53,072 bases of DNA from an uncultured Planctomycetia bacterium (GCA_964536195.1 CAZHVO010000001.1:1-53072); one strand, 5' to 3'. Shown: positions 34,914 through 44,475, counted from the first letter of the stretch. Program-made: numbers and translations. The notes: generated by a model not told the origin, from the letters alone.

Positions 34914-35944
34914 GATTTATCCTTAAAGAAATCGCACATTTAGTTAAAGGAGAGGTAGTTGGCGATCCCAATATTGCCATCACTGGTATTTCAGGGATAA
35001 AAGAGGCTAAAAAGGGTGATATAACCTTCCTAGCTAACCCTAAATATGCTTCTTTAGTAGAAACTACTAAGGCTGCAGCAATAATTACCTCACGGGAGCA
35101 GTTTAAGACTTCCAAGCCTTTGATTAGGACTGATAATCCTTCAATAGCTTTTACTAAGGTGGTTAGCCTAGCTGCTTCTGATGATACCAAGCATCCTAAA
35201 GGCATTCATCCCACAGCAGTAATTTCTCCAAATGCACAAATTGCAAAGGATGTAGGTATTGGTGCTTATACAGTCGTTGAAGATGGTGTTGAAATAGGAG
35301 CAGGGTCAGTTATATATAGTGGGTGTTACCTTGGATATTCTGCTAAAGTTGGGAAGAAGTGTCTCATTTATCCCCATGTTTCCATAAGGGAGCGAATAGA
35401 GATTTGTGATAGGGTAATTATTCACTCCGGAGCTGTGATTGGCAGTGACGGTTTTGGTTTTGCTATGGTCAGAGGAGTACAGGAGAAGATACCTCAAATT
35501 GGAACAGTCTTAATAGAAGATGATGCTGAGATTGGTGCAAATGTTACAATTGATAGAGCTAGATTTGACAAGACGATCATTGGTAAAGGAACCAAGATAG
35601 ATAATCTTGTCCAGATTGCCCATAATGTAGTTACTGGAGAGAATTGTATTATTGTTGCTCAGGCTGGTGTGTCAGGGAGCACTACTTTGGGCAAAGAAGT
35701 TATTTTAGCTGGACAAGCTGGAATAGTAGGGCATATTCAAATTGGTGATAAGGCAATTGTTGCTGCTCAGGCTGGAGTAACAAAATCTATTCCTGCTGGT
35801 GTTAAAGTTTCCGGGTATCCAGCAAAACCCCATGAGAAAGCACTAAGGGTGAATGCTTGTCTGCAGCGCCTGCCGGAACTTTATAAGAAGATAAGAGAGC
35901 TTGAAGAGAAAGTAAAGAGCTTAGAGGAGAAAGACAAGGAATAG
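34910..35944 (+). CDS. lpxD: UDP-3-O-acylglucosamine N-acyltransferase
   Basis: N-terminal uridine-binding domain, hexapeptide beta-helix and the IGSDGFGF motif. ATGA overlap with skp. Confidence 0.92.
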   Translation: MRFILKEIAHLVKGEVVGDPNIAITGISGIKEAKKGDITFLANPKYASLVETTKAAAIITSREQFKTSKPLIRTDNPSIAFTKVVSLAASDDTKHPKGIHPTAVISPNAQIAKDVGIGAYTVVEDGVEIGAGSVIYSGCYLGYSAKVGKKCLIYPHVSIRERIEICDRVIIHSGAVIGSDGFGFAMVRGVQEKIPQIGTVLIEDDAEIGANVTIDRARFDKTIIGKGTKIDNLVQIAHNVVTGENCIIVAQAGVSGSTTLGKEVILAGQAGIVGHIQIGDKAIVAAQAGVTKSIPAGVKVSGYPAKPHEKALRVNACLQRLPELYKKIRELEEKVKSLEEKDKE

Positions 35945-35946
35945 AT

Positions 35947-37260
35947 ATGGATAATCAAAGAACAATTAAAGGTAAGATAGAGTTGGAAGGCATAGGTCTT
36001 CATACTGGGAAGAAGACGAAATTAGAGCTTTTGCCGGCATCGGCGGATACAGGGATAACCTTTTTGAGAAAAGATATCGAATCACCGTCTTTAATCAAGG
36101 CTAATTCTTATTCTGTTTTAGATCCTGACGAATTTCCCCGACGTACTTCGGTGGGTGCAAATGGCGTATACGTACATACTGTTGAGCATCTCATGGCCGC
36201 TCTACATCTTTTAGATATTGATAATATACAAATAAATATTTGGGGTGAAGAAGTCCCGGGGCTAGACGGAAGCGCTAAAGATTTTGTAGAAAGAATCAGA
36301 GAGGTTGGTTGGCAGGAGCAAGAGCTTACTCGTAATCGTTTAATAGTACGAGAGCCTTTATGGGTTGAAGAGGGGTTAGCCAGTATTGTAATATTGCCTT
36401 ACCCTAGTTTAAGGATATCCTATGTTTTAAGTTATGATAATCCTATAGTTGGTTCCGGTTATGTTGATATAGTGCTCAATGGAGATTTGAAAGATGATCT
36501 TTATGAAGCTCGGACATTTTGCTTAGAGGCTGAGGTTAAGCCTTTATTAGATATGGGTTTAGGAAAAGGAGCAAACTACAAAAATACCTTGGTTGTTTCT
36601 GATAAAAAGATATTAGATAATAAGTTAAGACTTGATAATGAGTTTGTTAAGCACAAAGTCCTGGATTTAATTGGTGACTTGTATTTAGCTGGTCCAGTTA
36701 AAGGGCATGTAATTGCTGTTAGAGGTGGCCACTCTTTAAATATAAGATTATTAGAAAAACTACGTAAGTACAAAGAGAAATCTCGAAGTGCCGGAGTAAG
36801 ATCGCAGACCCTTTATATTCCTCAGAAGGAAGAGCTTAGTACTGAGGAGATAATGAAAATATTACCTCATCGATATCCTTTTCTGCTTGTAGACAAGATA
36901 CTTTATCTTGAAAAAGGCAAAAAGGCTGTTGGGATTAAGAATGTTACTATGAATGAGTATTTTTTCCAGGGTCATTTTCCCAATAAGCCTGTTATGCCAG
37001 GTGTACTTATTGTTGAGGCAATGGCCCAGGTTGGCGGAGTGCTTATGTTGGCCTGCGAAAAGCATAAGGGTAAATTAGCTTATTTTATGGCGGCAAATAA
37101 TATCAAATTTAGAAAAACTGTCCTGCCCGGAGATCAATTAGTTATAGAGGTAGTTTCTGGAAAGATAAGAAGCAAAACAGGTTCGGTTATCACCAAGGCC
37201 TTTGTGAATGAAAAGGTGGTTGCTGAAGCTGAACTTATGTTTGTTCTAGTTGATGCTTAA
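35947..37260 (+). CDS. lpxC: Bifunctional UDP-3-O-acyl-GlcNAc deacetylase / 3-hydroxyacyl-ACP dehydratase (LpxC-FabZ fusion)
   Basis: The LpxC half has GIGLHTGKK, TVEHLMAAL and KHKVLDLIGDL. The FabZ half has ILPHRYPFLLVDKI and FFQGHFPNKPVMPGVLIVEAMAQ. Confidence 0.92.
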   Translation: MDNQRTIKGKIELEGIGLHTGKKTKLELLPASADTGITFLRKDIESPSLIKANSYSVLDPDEFPRRTSVGANGVYVHTVEHLMAALHLLDIDNIQINIWGEEVPGLDGSAKDFVERIREVGWQEQELTRNRLIVREPLWVEEGLASIVILPYPSLRISYVLSYDNPIVGSGYVDIVLNGDLKDDLYEARTFCLEAEVKPLLDMGLGKGANYKNTLVVSDKKILDNKLRLDNEFVKHKVLDLIGDLYLAGPVKGHVIAVRGGHSLNIRLLEKLRKYKEKSRSAGVRSQTLYIPQKEELSTEEIMKILPHRYPFLLVDKILYLEKGKKAVGIKNVTMNEYFFQGHFPNKPVMPGVLIVEAMAQVGGVLMLACEKHKGKLAYFMAANNIKFRKTVLPGDQLVIEVVSGKIRSKTGSVITKAFVNEKVVAEAELMFVLVDA

Positions 37261-37265
37261 AAATC

Positions 37266-38042
37266 ATGTCTGTTCAAATTAACCCTAAAGCTATGGTGAG
37301 TCCAAAAGCCCAGTTAGGCAAGGGCGTAAAAATTGGACCTTATGCAGTAATCGCAGATAATGTTAAAATCGGACCCGATTGCGTTATTGATTCCTTTGCT
37401 CAAGTTTTAGGCTATACTGAGTTGGGTCAAGGTTGTCATATCTTTCCTTATGCAGTAGTAGGTAATATTCCCCAAGATTTAAAATATAAAGGTGATAAGA
37501 GTTTTTTAATTATTGGGAATAATAATAGAATAAGAGAATTTGTCACTATTAATCCAGGAACCGATAAGGGGGCTAAGACAATCATTGGCAGTGATAATCT
37601 TATAATGGCTTATTCTCACATTGCCCATGATTGTAAGATTGGTGACGGAAATGTTTTTGCTAACTCTGCTACCTTAGCCGGATATGTAACAGTAGGTAAT
37701 AGGGCAGTAATCGGCGGGTTGGTAGCAATACATCAGTTTTGTCGGTTGGGAGACTTTTCGATAATTGGTGGTTGTTCTAAAGTTGTTCAGGACATCCCTC
37801 CCTTTTCAATGTGTGATGGACACCCGGCTGTAATCTGTGGGCTTAATCTAGTAGGATTAAAAAGAGCCAAATTCCCGTCTTCTACGATAAGGACATTGAA
37901 AAAAGCTTTTAAGATAATATTTTTTGAGAGTCACCTAATAGCTCAGAGTAAAGAGTTGGTTCAGAAAGACTTGCCGCCTTTGGAAGAGCTAGAGTACCTT
38001 TTTGAGTTTATTTCATCCTCAAAAAGAGGCATAAGCAAATGA
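37266..38042 (+). CDS. lpxA: Acyl-ACP--UDP-N-acetylglucosamine O-acyltransferase
   Basis: Hexapeptide beta-helix, the MAYSHIAHDCKIGD motif and a C-terminal helical domain. Confidence 0.92.
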   Translation: MSVQINPKAMVSPKAQLGKGVKIGPYAVIADNVKIGPDCVIDSFAQVLGYTELGQGCHIFPYAVVGNIPQDLKYKGDKSFLIIGNNNRIREFVTINPGTDKGAKTIIGSDNLIMAYSHIAHDCKIGDGNVFANSATLAGYVTVGNRAVIGGLVAIHQFCRLGDFSIIGGCSKVVQDIPPFSMCDGHPAVICGLNLVGLKRAKFPSSTIRTLKKAFKIIFFESHLIAQSKELVQKDLPPLEELEYLFEFISSSKRGISK

Positions 38043-38860
38043 ACTCGAGATTAGGAATTATTGCTGGCAATCGCCTTTTACCTCTAATCCTTGCCCAGAG
38101 AATCAAAGAAAAGAATAAGAATCGTGAAGTTGTTGCTTTCTGCTTTAAGGGTCAAACCTCTAGGCAGATTAGTAAGTATGTGGATAGGTGCCATTGGTTT
38201 TCTGTAGGTTCGCTTTCAAGTTTAAGAAAATCAATAAAGGAGGAAGGGCTTCGCCAGTGCACTATGGCTGGTCAGATTAATCCTTTATATATTTTTCGAA
38301 AAGAGTATTGGGATCAAGAATTAACTTCTCTAATAGAGGATAGTGAAGATTTTCGGCCTCATAATATATTTGATAAGATAATTTCTTATTTCGAGAAGGT
38401 AGGCGTTGAGTTCATAGATTCCACACTATGCTTAAAAGACGATTTAGCTTCCACCGGGGTCATGAACAACTTACCCTTGGCCGAAGGAGTAACAGGAGAT
38501 ATTAATTTTGGCCTGGATGCAATATCAAAGTTTGTAGAGTTAGACGTAGGCCAGACTATAGGCGTAAAGTCAAAAGCTGTTGTGGCTTTGGAGTCTCTAG
38601 AAGGAACTGATCGGACTATTAAACGTGCTTATAGATTAGCAGGCAGAGGCTCGGTTATTTTAAAGTTCTCTAAGACCAATCAAGATTTGCGGTTTGATGT
38701 TCCGGTGGTAGGTATTTCCACCTTAAAACTCCTTAAACGCATTAAGGCTGCAGCTCTAGTTCTTGAGGAGGCCAAGGTGATTATTCTAGAGAAGCAGGAA
38801 TTTTTATTCTTAGCAGAGAAGTGGAAGATTCCTGTAGTTGGCAGAACGAAAAATAGCTAG
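38039..38860 (+). CDS. lpxI: UDP-2,3-diacylglucosamine hydrolase LpxI (DUF1009)
   Basis: LGIIAGNRLLP N-terminus, with LDVGQT, LEGTDRTIKRA and QDLRFDVPVVG motifs. ATGA overlap with lpxA. Confidence 0.8.
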   Translation: MNSRLGIIAGNRLLPLILAQRIKEKNKNREVVAFCFKGQTSRQISKYVDRCHWFSVGSLSSLRKSIKEEGLRQCTMAGQINPLYIFRKEYWDQELTSLIEDSEDFRPHNIFDKIISYFEKVGVEFIDSTLCLKDDLASTGVMNNLPLAEGVTGDINFGLDAISKFVELDVGQTIGVKSKAVVALESLEGTDRTIKRAYRLAGRGSVILKFSKTNQDLRFDVPVVGISTLKLLKRIKAAALVLEEAKVIILEKQEFLFLAEKWKIPVVGRTKNS

Positions 38861-38891
38861 GAGAGTCAAATAAGCTAAAAGGGAGGAGCAA

Positions 38892-39350
38892 ATGCTTGCA
38901 AAAAAGTTTGCCTTAGGTGTTGGAATGGCGATCATTTTACCTATGCTTGTTTATTATGGAGTAAATATGTTTAGCCCATCTCCAAAGTGGAGAGATTATC
39001 GAGTTGATGATTATTACGGGCGCTATGAGGAGGCGGATAAAGCAGAGAAAGGTGTCCTTCGTAAGGAACGAAAGCAGCTTGATATCGAGAGAAGAGCACA
39101 TCGTAAGCGTTTTGAACGGCATTTATTCTTAGTAGCTACACCAATAGGGGTAGTTGCGATAATTGCTGGTTCAGTTATTGCTATTCATGGTATAGGGGCA
39201 GGACTTATGTTTGGTGGGATATTTACGGTAACAGAAGGTTATGTTTGCCACTGGTCCGAACTTCCCCCATGGCTTAGGTTTTTATCACTTTTGGCTGCCT
39301 TCGTAATCCTTCTTTATGTTGGTTATCGTAAATTTCCCAAGAAAGAATAA
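38892..39350 (+). CDS. Hypothetical membrane protein (1 + 3 TM helices around a basic cytoplasmic loop)
   Basis: Strong SD (GGGAGGAG). Hydrophobic segments and a charged RKERKQLDIERRAHRKRFERH loop. No family recognised. Confidence 0.5.
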   Translation: MLAKKFALGVGMAIILPMLVYYGVNMFSPSPKWRDYRVDDYYGRYEEADKAEKGVLRKERKQLDIERRAHRKRFERHLFLVATPIGVVAIIAGSVIAIHGIGAGLMFGGIFTVTEGYVCHWSELPPWLRFLSLLAAFVILLYVGYRKFPKKE

Positions 39351-39405
39351 TCCTAGTATAGGGATTCGATTAAGCTAAAGGCGTTAGCTAGATATCCTTT
39401 TAAAT

Positions 39406-41292
39406 ATGAGATTTTTAGCTTTACTTTTCTTTTTTTCTTTTTTGCTTCATCCTGTGCACTTATTTGCCCAAAGCTCTTTAGAGGACTATTTAGATACGGC
39501 TATTCTTTTTAAGGAGTCGGGCGAGTATACCAGAGCATTAGATGTTTTAGAGACCGCCAAAGATTTTAGCAAGAATCCCCAATTATTAAAATACCGAGCC
39601 AAATTAGAGTTTCTCACCGGCCACAGTAACCAGAGTTTAGATTCTTTTAATAGCATAAAGGATAAGGATTGGCAGAGCTTTCTCTATTTAGGTTTAATTT
39701 ATGAAGATTTAAATAAGGAGACTTTAGCGATAGAAAATTATTCAAAGTCCCTGAGTTTTCGAGTCAATACTATTGCTTATTTTCGGTTAGGAAAGATTTA
39801 CCGAGATAAAGGTGATTATAAAAAGGCCGCGAAATATTTTTCCGATCTCATTAAATTGGATCCCAGTGTAAGATTAGCTTACTACTATTTGGGTCAGTGT
39901 TTAAACGAGAGTGGTAATTATCAGGAAGCTTATAAGTATTTAGCCAAAGCAGTAAATTTTTATCCCGAGACTACAGTAGTCCAAGAGGAATTAAAATCTG
40001 TTAAACAGAGGTTGGGAGAAGATTTTTTTATTGTTCGGGACAAGAAGAAGGAAGAGAAAAGAAAAAAAGTTCGATTAACGACTTATATTCAGGAAAAAGA
40101 CATTCCCGTAGTTAGAGTTGGTTTAATCAGGGGTGCAAATGAGTTTTCTTTTTTCTGCCCGGCTAATTTTTTAATTAGCAATGGTAAAGACTCTTATTCA
40201 GCTGTTGCTAATAAGTTTTATACTTTTACTTTTAAGGAAGAGAAAATAGTCTTGCGAGACTATCAGGATAAAAAAGAATATAAGTCTTTTTCCGGGCCGC
40301 TTAATATTACTTCTTTGGAATCTGGAGAGGAAAAATCTCCCTTTTATGTTTTGAGTCTTTCTTCTGGCAAAGGTGATTTTTGGAATAAAGAGAGAGATAG
40401 GGCTTATCGTGGTGACTTAGAAGTAATCATTAAAGATAAGGCTCTAACCCTAGTCAATATCTTAAGTGTCGAAGAGTATCTCTATGGGGTTTTATCAGCC
40501 GAGATGTCTTCTAAAGCTCATGTTCAAGCTCTTAGGGCTCAGGCAGTAGCAGCTCGAACCTTTGTCTTTAGGAATTTAGGGCGGCATAAAAAGGAAGGAT
40601 TTAATTTTTGCTCCCTGGTACATTGCCAAGTTTATCAAGGAGTGTCAGCCGAGACCTCTTCTACTATAGCTGCAGTTAGGGATACTAGGGGTGAGGTTAT
40701 TGTCTATGGGGATAGACCAATAGAAGTATTATTCCATGCTCATTGTGGTGGATGTTTAGCTTCAGATGTCTTTGGAGAGAGTAATTATTTAGACGAGAAG
40801 ACAGATAGTTTTGATTTAAGTATTCCTAACTCTGCCTCCAAAGAAGAGAATTGGTTCTCGGATTTACCTTTAGTTTTTTGTTTCGAGGACAAAGGGAGCA
40901 AGTTTCGTTGGCAGAGAGTCTACGACCAGGAGGATTTTTCTATTGCTTTTGGGGAAGAGTTAGAAGATTTAAAGGATGTCCTCTTAAAGCAGAAGGGTGA
41001 TTGTTTTCATTATAAAGAGATAGAGGTTATTACCTCAAAAGGCAGTGAGAGCTTAAGAGGTGGTTTATCGATAAGGAATTATTTTGACCATTTACGAAGC
41101 AGTGCCTTTAAGATAGAGATAAAATTATCAGCTTTTGGTCAGCCTTCAATGCTTTTTTTCTGGGGGGCTGGGTTTGGTCATGGGGCTGGTATGTGTCAGG
41201 ATGGAGCCGTAGGTATGGCTGAAGCCGGCCATAACTGGCGTCAAATAATTAACCACTATTTTCCAAATACCAAGATCAAAACCCTCTACTAA
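39406..41292 (+). CDS. Secreted TPR-repeat / SpoIID-LytB domain protein
   Basis: Signal peptide and N-terminal TPR repeats. The C-terminal SpoIID signature has EEYLYGVLSAEM, ALRAQAVAARTF, FHAHCGG and GHGAGMCQDGA. Confidence 0.8.
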   Translation: MRFLALLFFFSFLLHPVHLFAQSSLEDYLDTAILFKESGEYTRALDVLETAKDFSKNPQLLKYRAKLEFLTGHSNQSLDSFNSIKDKDWQSFLYLGLIYEDLNKETLAIENYSKSLSFRVNTIAYFRLGKIYRDKGDYKKAAKYFSDLIKLDPSVRLAYYYLGQCLNESGNYQEAYKYLAKAVNFYPETTVVQEELKSVKQRLGEDFFIVRDKKKEEKRKKVRLTTYIQEKDIPVVRVGLIRGANEFSFFCPANFLISNGKDSYSAVANKFYTFTFKEEKIVLRDYQDKKEYKSFSGPLNITSLESGEEKSPFYVLSLSSGKGDFWNKERDRAYRGDLEVIIKDKALTLVNILSVEEYLYGVLSAEMSSKAHVQALRAQAVAARTFVFRNLGRHKKEGFNFCSLVHCQVYQGVSAETSSTIAAVRDTRGEVIVYGDRPIEVLFHAHCGGCLASDVFGESNYLDEKTDSFDLSIPNSASKEENWFSDLPLVFCFEDKGSKFRWQRVYDQEDFSIAFGEELEDLKDVLLKQKGDCFHYKEIEVITSKGSESLRGGLSIRNYFDHLRSSAFKIEIKLSAFGQPSMLFFWGAGFGHGAGMCQDGAVGMAEAGHNWRQIINHYFPNTKIKTLY

Positions 41293-41306
41293 ACTCCGAA
41301 ATTCGA

Positions 41307-41462
41307 AATTCGGGACAGGTCCCATCGAAATTTACCTTACTAGAATTAGCTTTTTTTGAGAAATTCTGTCTTTTTTTTAAAAAAGTAATGAGGTTTTTAT
41401 CCAAATTTCGCTAAAGAACCCTTTGTCAGCTTGCCTTTTTCAAGTGGGACCTGTCCCGAATT
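41307..41462. repeat. Family-2 repeat: perfect 18-bp inverted pair AATTCGGGACAGGTCCCA / TGGGACCTGTCCCGAATT enclosing 120 nt
   Basis: The arms lie at 41307-41324 and 41445-41462. The element sits between convergent genes, and the right arm overlaps the stop codon of the - strand gene. Confidence 0.8.
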
Positions 41463-42879
41463 AAATGAGGGAGTTTTCGATATTGTTTAAAGGAACCAAT
41501 CCTTTTGTATTAGCCCAGGTTTGTTTATCTTCCATGCAGAGATAAATCGGTGTCTTTTTATCAAATTGTCTTATCTTGCTGACCATTTCTTGATAAATTT
41601 CTTCCTTTATAAAATCAGGGTAACGTAATTTTTTATCGGCTCCTAATAATAATTCTCCATAGAAGATATTACTTTGAGGAAAGCGCAGTTCGGTAATTGT
41701 CTTTAGTCGGCGGTTAGATCGCAAGGTACCTAAACTTATCCAGGCAAAAGGACCCTTAAGCTTCGAGTATAATTTATTAATAACTTCAGCGTATAAGTCT
41801 TGCCATCCTTTTAAATGGATAATCGGGTCAAAGTGAAACCCTACACTAAATCCAGTAGTTTGGACTCTTGCTGCTGCCTTTAGCTTTTGGTCTAAGGAAG
41901 CAGTGGCTTTTTCTTCCCTTTCAATAATAGAAGCCGGGCCCAGAGACCAGGAGATAATAATATTTGCTGAAGGCTTTAAGGTTAGCAGATTAGCAATATT
42001 ATTACTCTTTGTTTTAAGTTCAAATAAGACTTTTTTATCCTTAAAATAAGGGATTAGTGCTTTAGAGTATTCAGTTATATCATCAAGAGCTAGGGAATCG
42101 CAGAATTCACCGGTTCCGATTCTTATCGGCCGTTTAAAGTCTCCATAGAGCTTATCAAAGCTGGTGAAGAAGTCTTCTATGTTAGCCGGTAGAATTATTC
42201 CCGGGAAGTTAGTGTATTGTTGGAGGAAGCAGTAAGAGCAATCAAAGGGGCAGCCAAACCCTAGATTAAATATCCAGTAGCCACAATGCAGATGCTTCTT
42301 GGTACAGGGGCATTTTTTTATAAAGTCTCCTCTTTCTTTGACGATAAAAACAAGCGGTTTTTTTAATTGGGAGACTATAAATTTGTTCTTTTTCAAATAG
42401 CGGCCATAATAGTCAATCTCCTGAACTTCTACATTTGGGAATTTTTTCTCAAAATTAGCTAAAAGCTGACTTTTTTTAACATCTTTTTCTACAAATATTT
42501 TTAGGGGCTTAAAATCAGGCTTTACTTGCCAGTTATTCCCTAAAGGTTCTCCTACTTTGTTTAAGAAGATGTTTTTAGAGTCAATTGTCTGACGCTGTGA
42601 TGTTTGAGGGAAGCGGTATTTGATTAGGGTATTTTTTAAAGAAAAGAACTTAAGTTTACTACCCTGGTCTTTAAAACTAGGTATCTTTTCTAAAAGCCCT
42701 AGGATTTTGTCAAAACAGAGATTATTACGCTTACTTATTTCAAAAATTAGGCGTTCAATTTCACGAAATTGGTTTCTATTCAGCCTCAAGCCGAATTTTT
42801 GCTCAATTTGTTGCTGTAAATCGATTGACCTTTTCATTTTGCTCTTATTATAAGTATAACAGGAGAAAAAACAAGTCAT
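41461..42879 (-). CDS. Radical SAM protein of the spore-photoproduct-lyase (SplB/COG1533) family with about 190-aa N-terminal extension
   Basis: NLGFGCPFDCSYCFLQQY contains the CX3CX2C radical SAM motif in an SPL-like context. An alternative start is ATG 42837. Confidence 0.65.
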   Translation of the reverse strand: MTCFFSCYTYNKSKMKRSIDLQQQIEQKFGLRLNRNQFREIERLIFEISKRNNLCFDKILGLLEKIPSFKDQGSKLKFFSLKNTLIKYRFPQTSQRQTIDSKNIFLNKVGEPLGNNWQVKPDFKPLKIFVEKDVKKSQLLANFEKKFPNVEVQEIDYYGRYLKKNKFIVSQLKKPLVFIVKERGDFIKKCPCTKKHLHCGYWIFNLGFGCPFDCSYCFLQQYTNFPGIILPANIEDFFTSFDKLYGDFKRPIRIGTGEFCDSLALDDITEYSKALIPYFKDKKVLFELKTKSNNIANLLTLKPSANIIISWSLGPASIIEREEKATASLDQKLKAAARVQTTGFSVGFHFDPIIHLKGWQDLYAEVINKLYSKLKGPFAWISLGTLRSNRRLKTITELRFPQSNIFYGELLLGADKKLRYPDFIKEEIYQEMVSKIRQFDKKTPIYLCMEDKQTWANTKGLVPLNNIENSLI

Positions 42880-42963
42880 TTTGCGATAATCTCCTTGCCA
42901 TAGCTGAGTTTTAAAAGTATACTGAAAACAAGGCCTATAAGTTAATTATTAGGTAGAAAAAGC

Positions 42964-44472
42964 ATGAAAAAGTTTAAATTAATATCTTTCTTGTTGGCTA
43001 TCGCACTATCCTTAGCAATTCCTGCTTTTGCTGAAACTATTGTTCTTAAATCCGGCAAGACAGTAGATGGGAAGATACTCCAGAGAACTGATCAGTACAT
43101 AAAGGTAGATGTCTACGGAGTGTCTTTGACCTATTATTTTGATGAGATTGAGAGTATTATCGCAGAAGCTACCGGGGGAGTGCTAGAGTCTATTACTTCA
43201 TCCATATCTCTTGGCGCTGGGCGGGCTCCATCCCAGATTTTTGACGATGTAGCCTCAAGTGTTGTAGTTATTACAACTCGTTCGGCAGATGGCGGGTTAT
43301 TGGGAAGTGGATTTATTGTAAGTGGTGACGGGATAATTGTTACTAATTTTCATGTTGTGGCCAATGCTGAAGGAGTAGATGTTAAATTAAAAAACGGCAA
43401 GAGTTATCCGGTAACCGGAGTTGTTGATTATGACCCGGTTAGAGATATTTGTGTACTTAAGATAGATGCTAGGAATTTAGATGTAATGTTACTGGGTAGT
43501 TCAGATAATCTGATCCAGGGTCAGAAAGTTTTAGTTATCGGAGCCCCCTTGGGGTTAGAATATAGTATTTCCGATGGTTTATTCAGCGGTAGGAGAGATT
43601 CCTTCGGCCAGGAGGTTATACAATTTACTGCTCCGATTTCACCGGGAAATAGTGGTGGGCCACTTTTGAATATTCAGGGTAAAGCGATCGGTATAACTAC
43701 TTTTACCAATGTCGGGGGGCAAAACCTTAATTTTGCCGTTCCGATTGAGGAGGCAAAGAAATATATTCATAGCTACCCTAAGATGAGCTTTAGGGAATTC
43801 GTCACCGGCCTAAGTGGTAAATATTCACTCTATAATCTTGGCTGCCAATTATTTATGGCTGGTAATACTGAATTAGCAGTAGATTATTTATTTCGGGCTG
43901 TTGAGCTTGACCCAGACTTTGTTGACGCCTACGCAGCACTTTCTGAGGTCTTCGCTGTGCTAGGGATGTATGAACAGGAATTCCAAGTATTAGAAAAGAT
44001 TATTTCTATCGACCCTTATAACGTCCCGGCCCATAACAATCTTGGATTTATTTACGGTAATCTTGGAATGTTTAATGAGGCCATTGCTGAGTTTAAAGAA
44101 GTCATAACCATTAAGCCTGATGATGCTATGGTCCATGCTAACCTTGCCGCAATATATTCAAAAGCTGGTTATCTCGATGCAGCTATGGCCGAGTGTAAAA
44201 TGGCTGTCTCACTTGACCCTGACTATTCTCCTGGCCACAATAATCTTGGCTGGGGATATTTTCAAAAGGGGATGGTTGATGAAGCTGTGGTTGAAATTAA
44301 AAAAGCTGTCTCTTTAGATCCCAACAATGCTGATGCTCACTACAACCTATCTAATATATATTATGGTAGTGGTAAGTACGCACTAGCTGTAAAACATTGC
44401 GATCAAGCAATGGATTTAGGACGGTTAGTTGAACCGGAATATTTAGATAAATTAAGACAGCATAGATACTAA
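42964..44472 (+). CDS. Secreted trypsin-like (S1C/HtrA-type) serine protease fused to C-terminal TPR repeats
   Basis: Signal peptide and a His/Asp/Ser triad context (VTNFHVV, VRDICVLK, GNSGGPL). There is no PDZ domain; instead there are about six TPR repeats (for example AHNNLGFIYGNLGMFNEAI). Confidence 0.8.
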   Translation: MKKFKLISFLLAIALSLAIPAFAETIVLKSGKTVDGKILQRTDQYIKVDVYGVSLTYYFDEIESIIAEATGGVLESITSSISLGAGRAPSQIFDDVASSVVVITTRSADGGLLGSGFIVSGDGIIVTNFHVVANAEGVDVKLKNGKSYPVTGVVDYDPVRDICVLKIDARNLDVMLLGSSDNLIQGQKVLVIGAPLGLEYSISDGLFSGRRDSFGQEVIQFTAPISPGNSGGPLLNIQGKAIGITTFTNVGGQNLNFAVPIEEAKKYIHSYPKMSFREFVTGLSGKYSLYNLGCQLFMAGNTELAVDYLFRAVELDPDFVDAYAALSEVFAVLGMYEQEFQVLEKIISIDPYNVPAHNNLGFIYGNLGMFNEAIAEFKEVITIKPDDAMVHANLAAIYSKAGYLDAAMAECKMAVSLDPDYSPGHNNLGWGYFQKGMVDEAVVEIKKAVSLDPNNADAHYNLSNIYYGSGKYALAVKHCDQAMDLGRLVEPEYLDKLRQHRY

Positions 44473-44475
44473 CCT

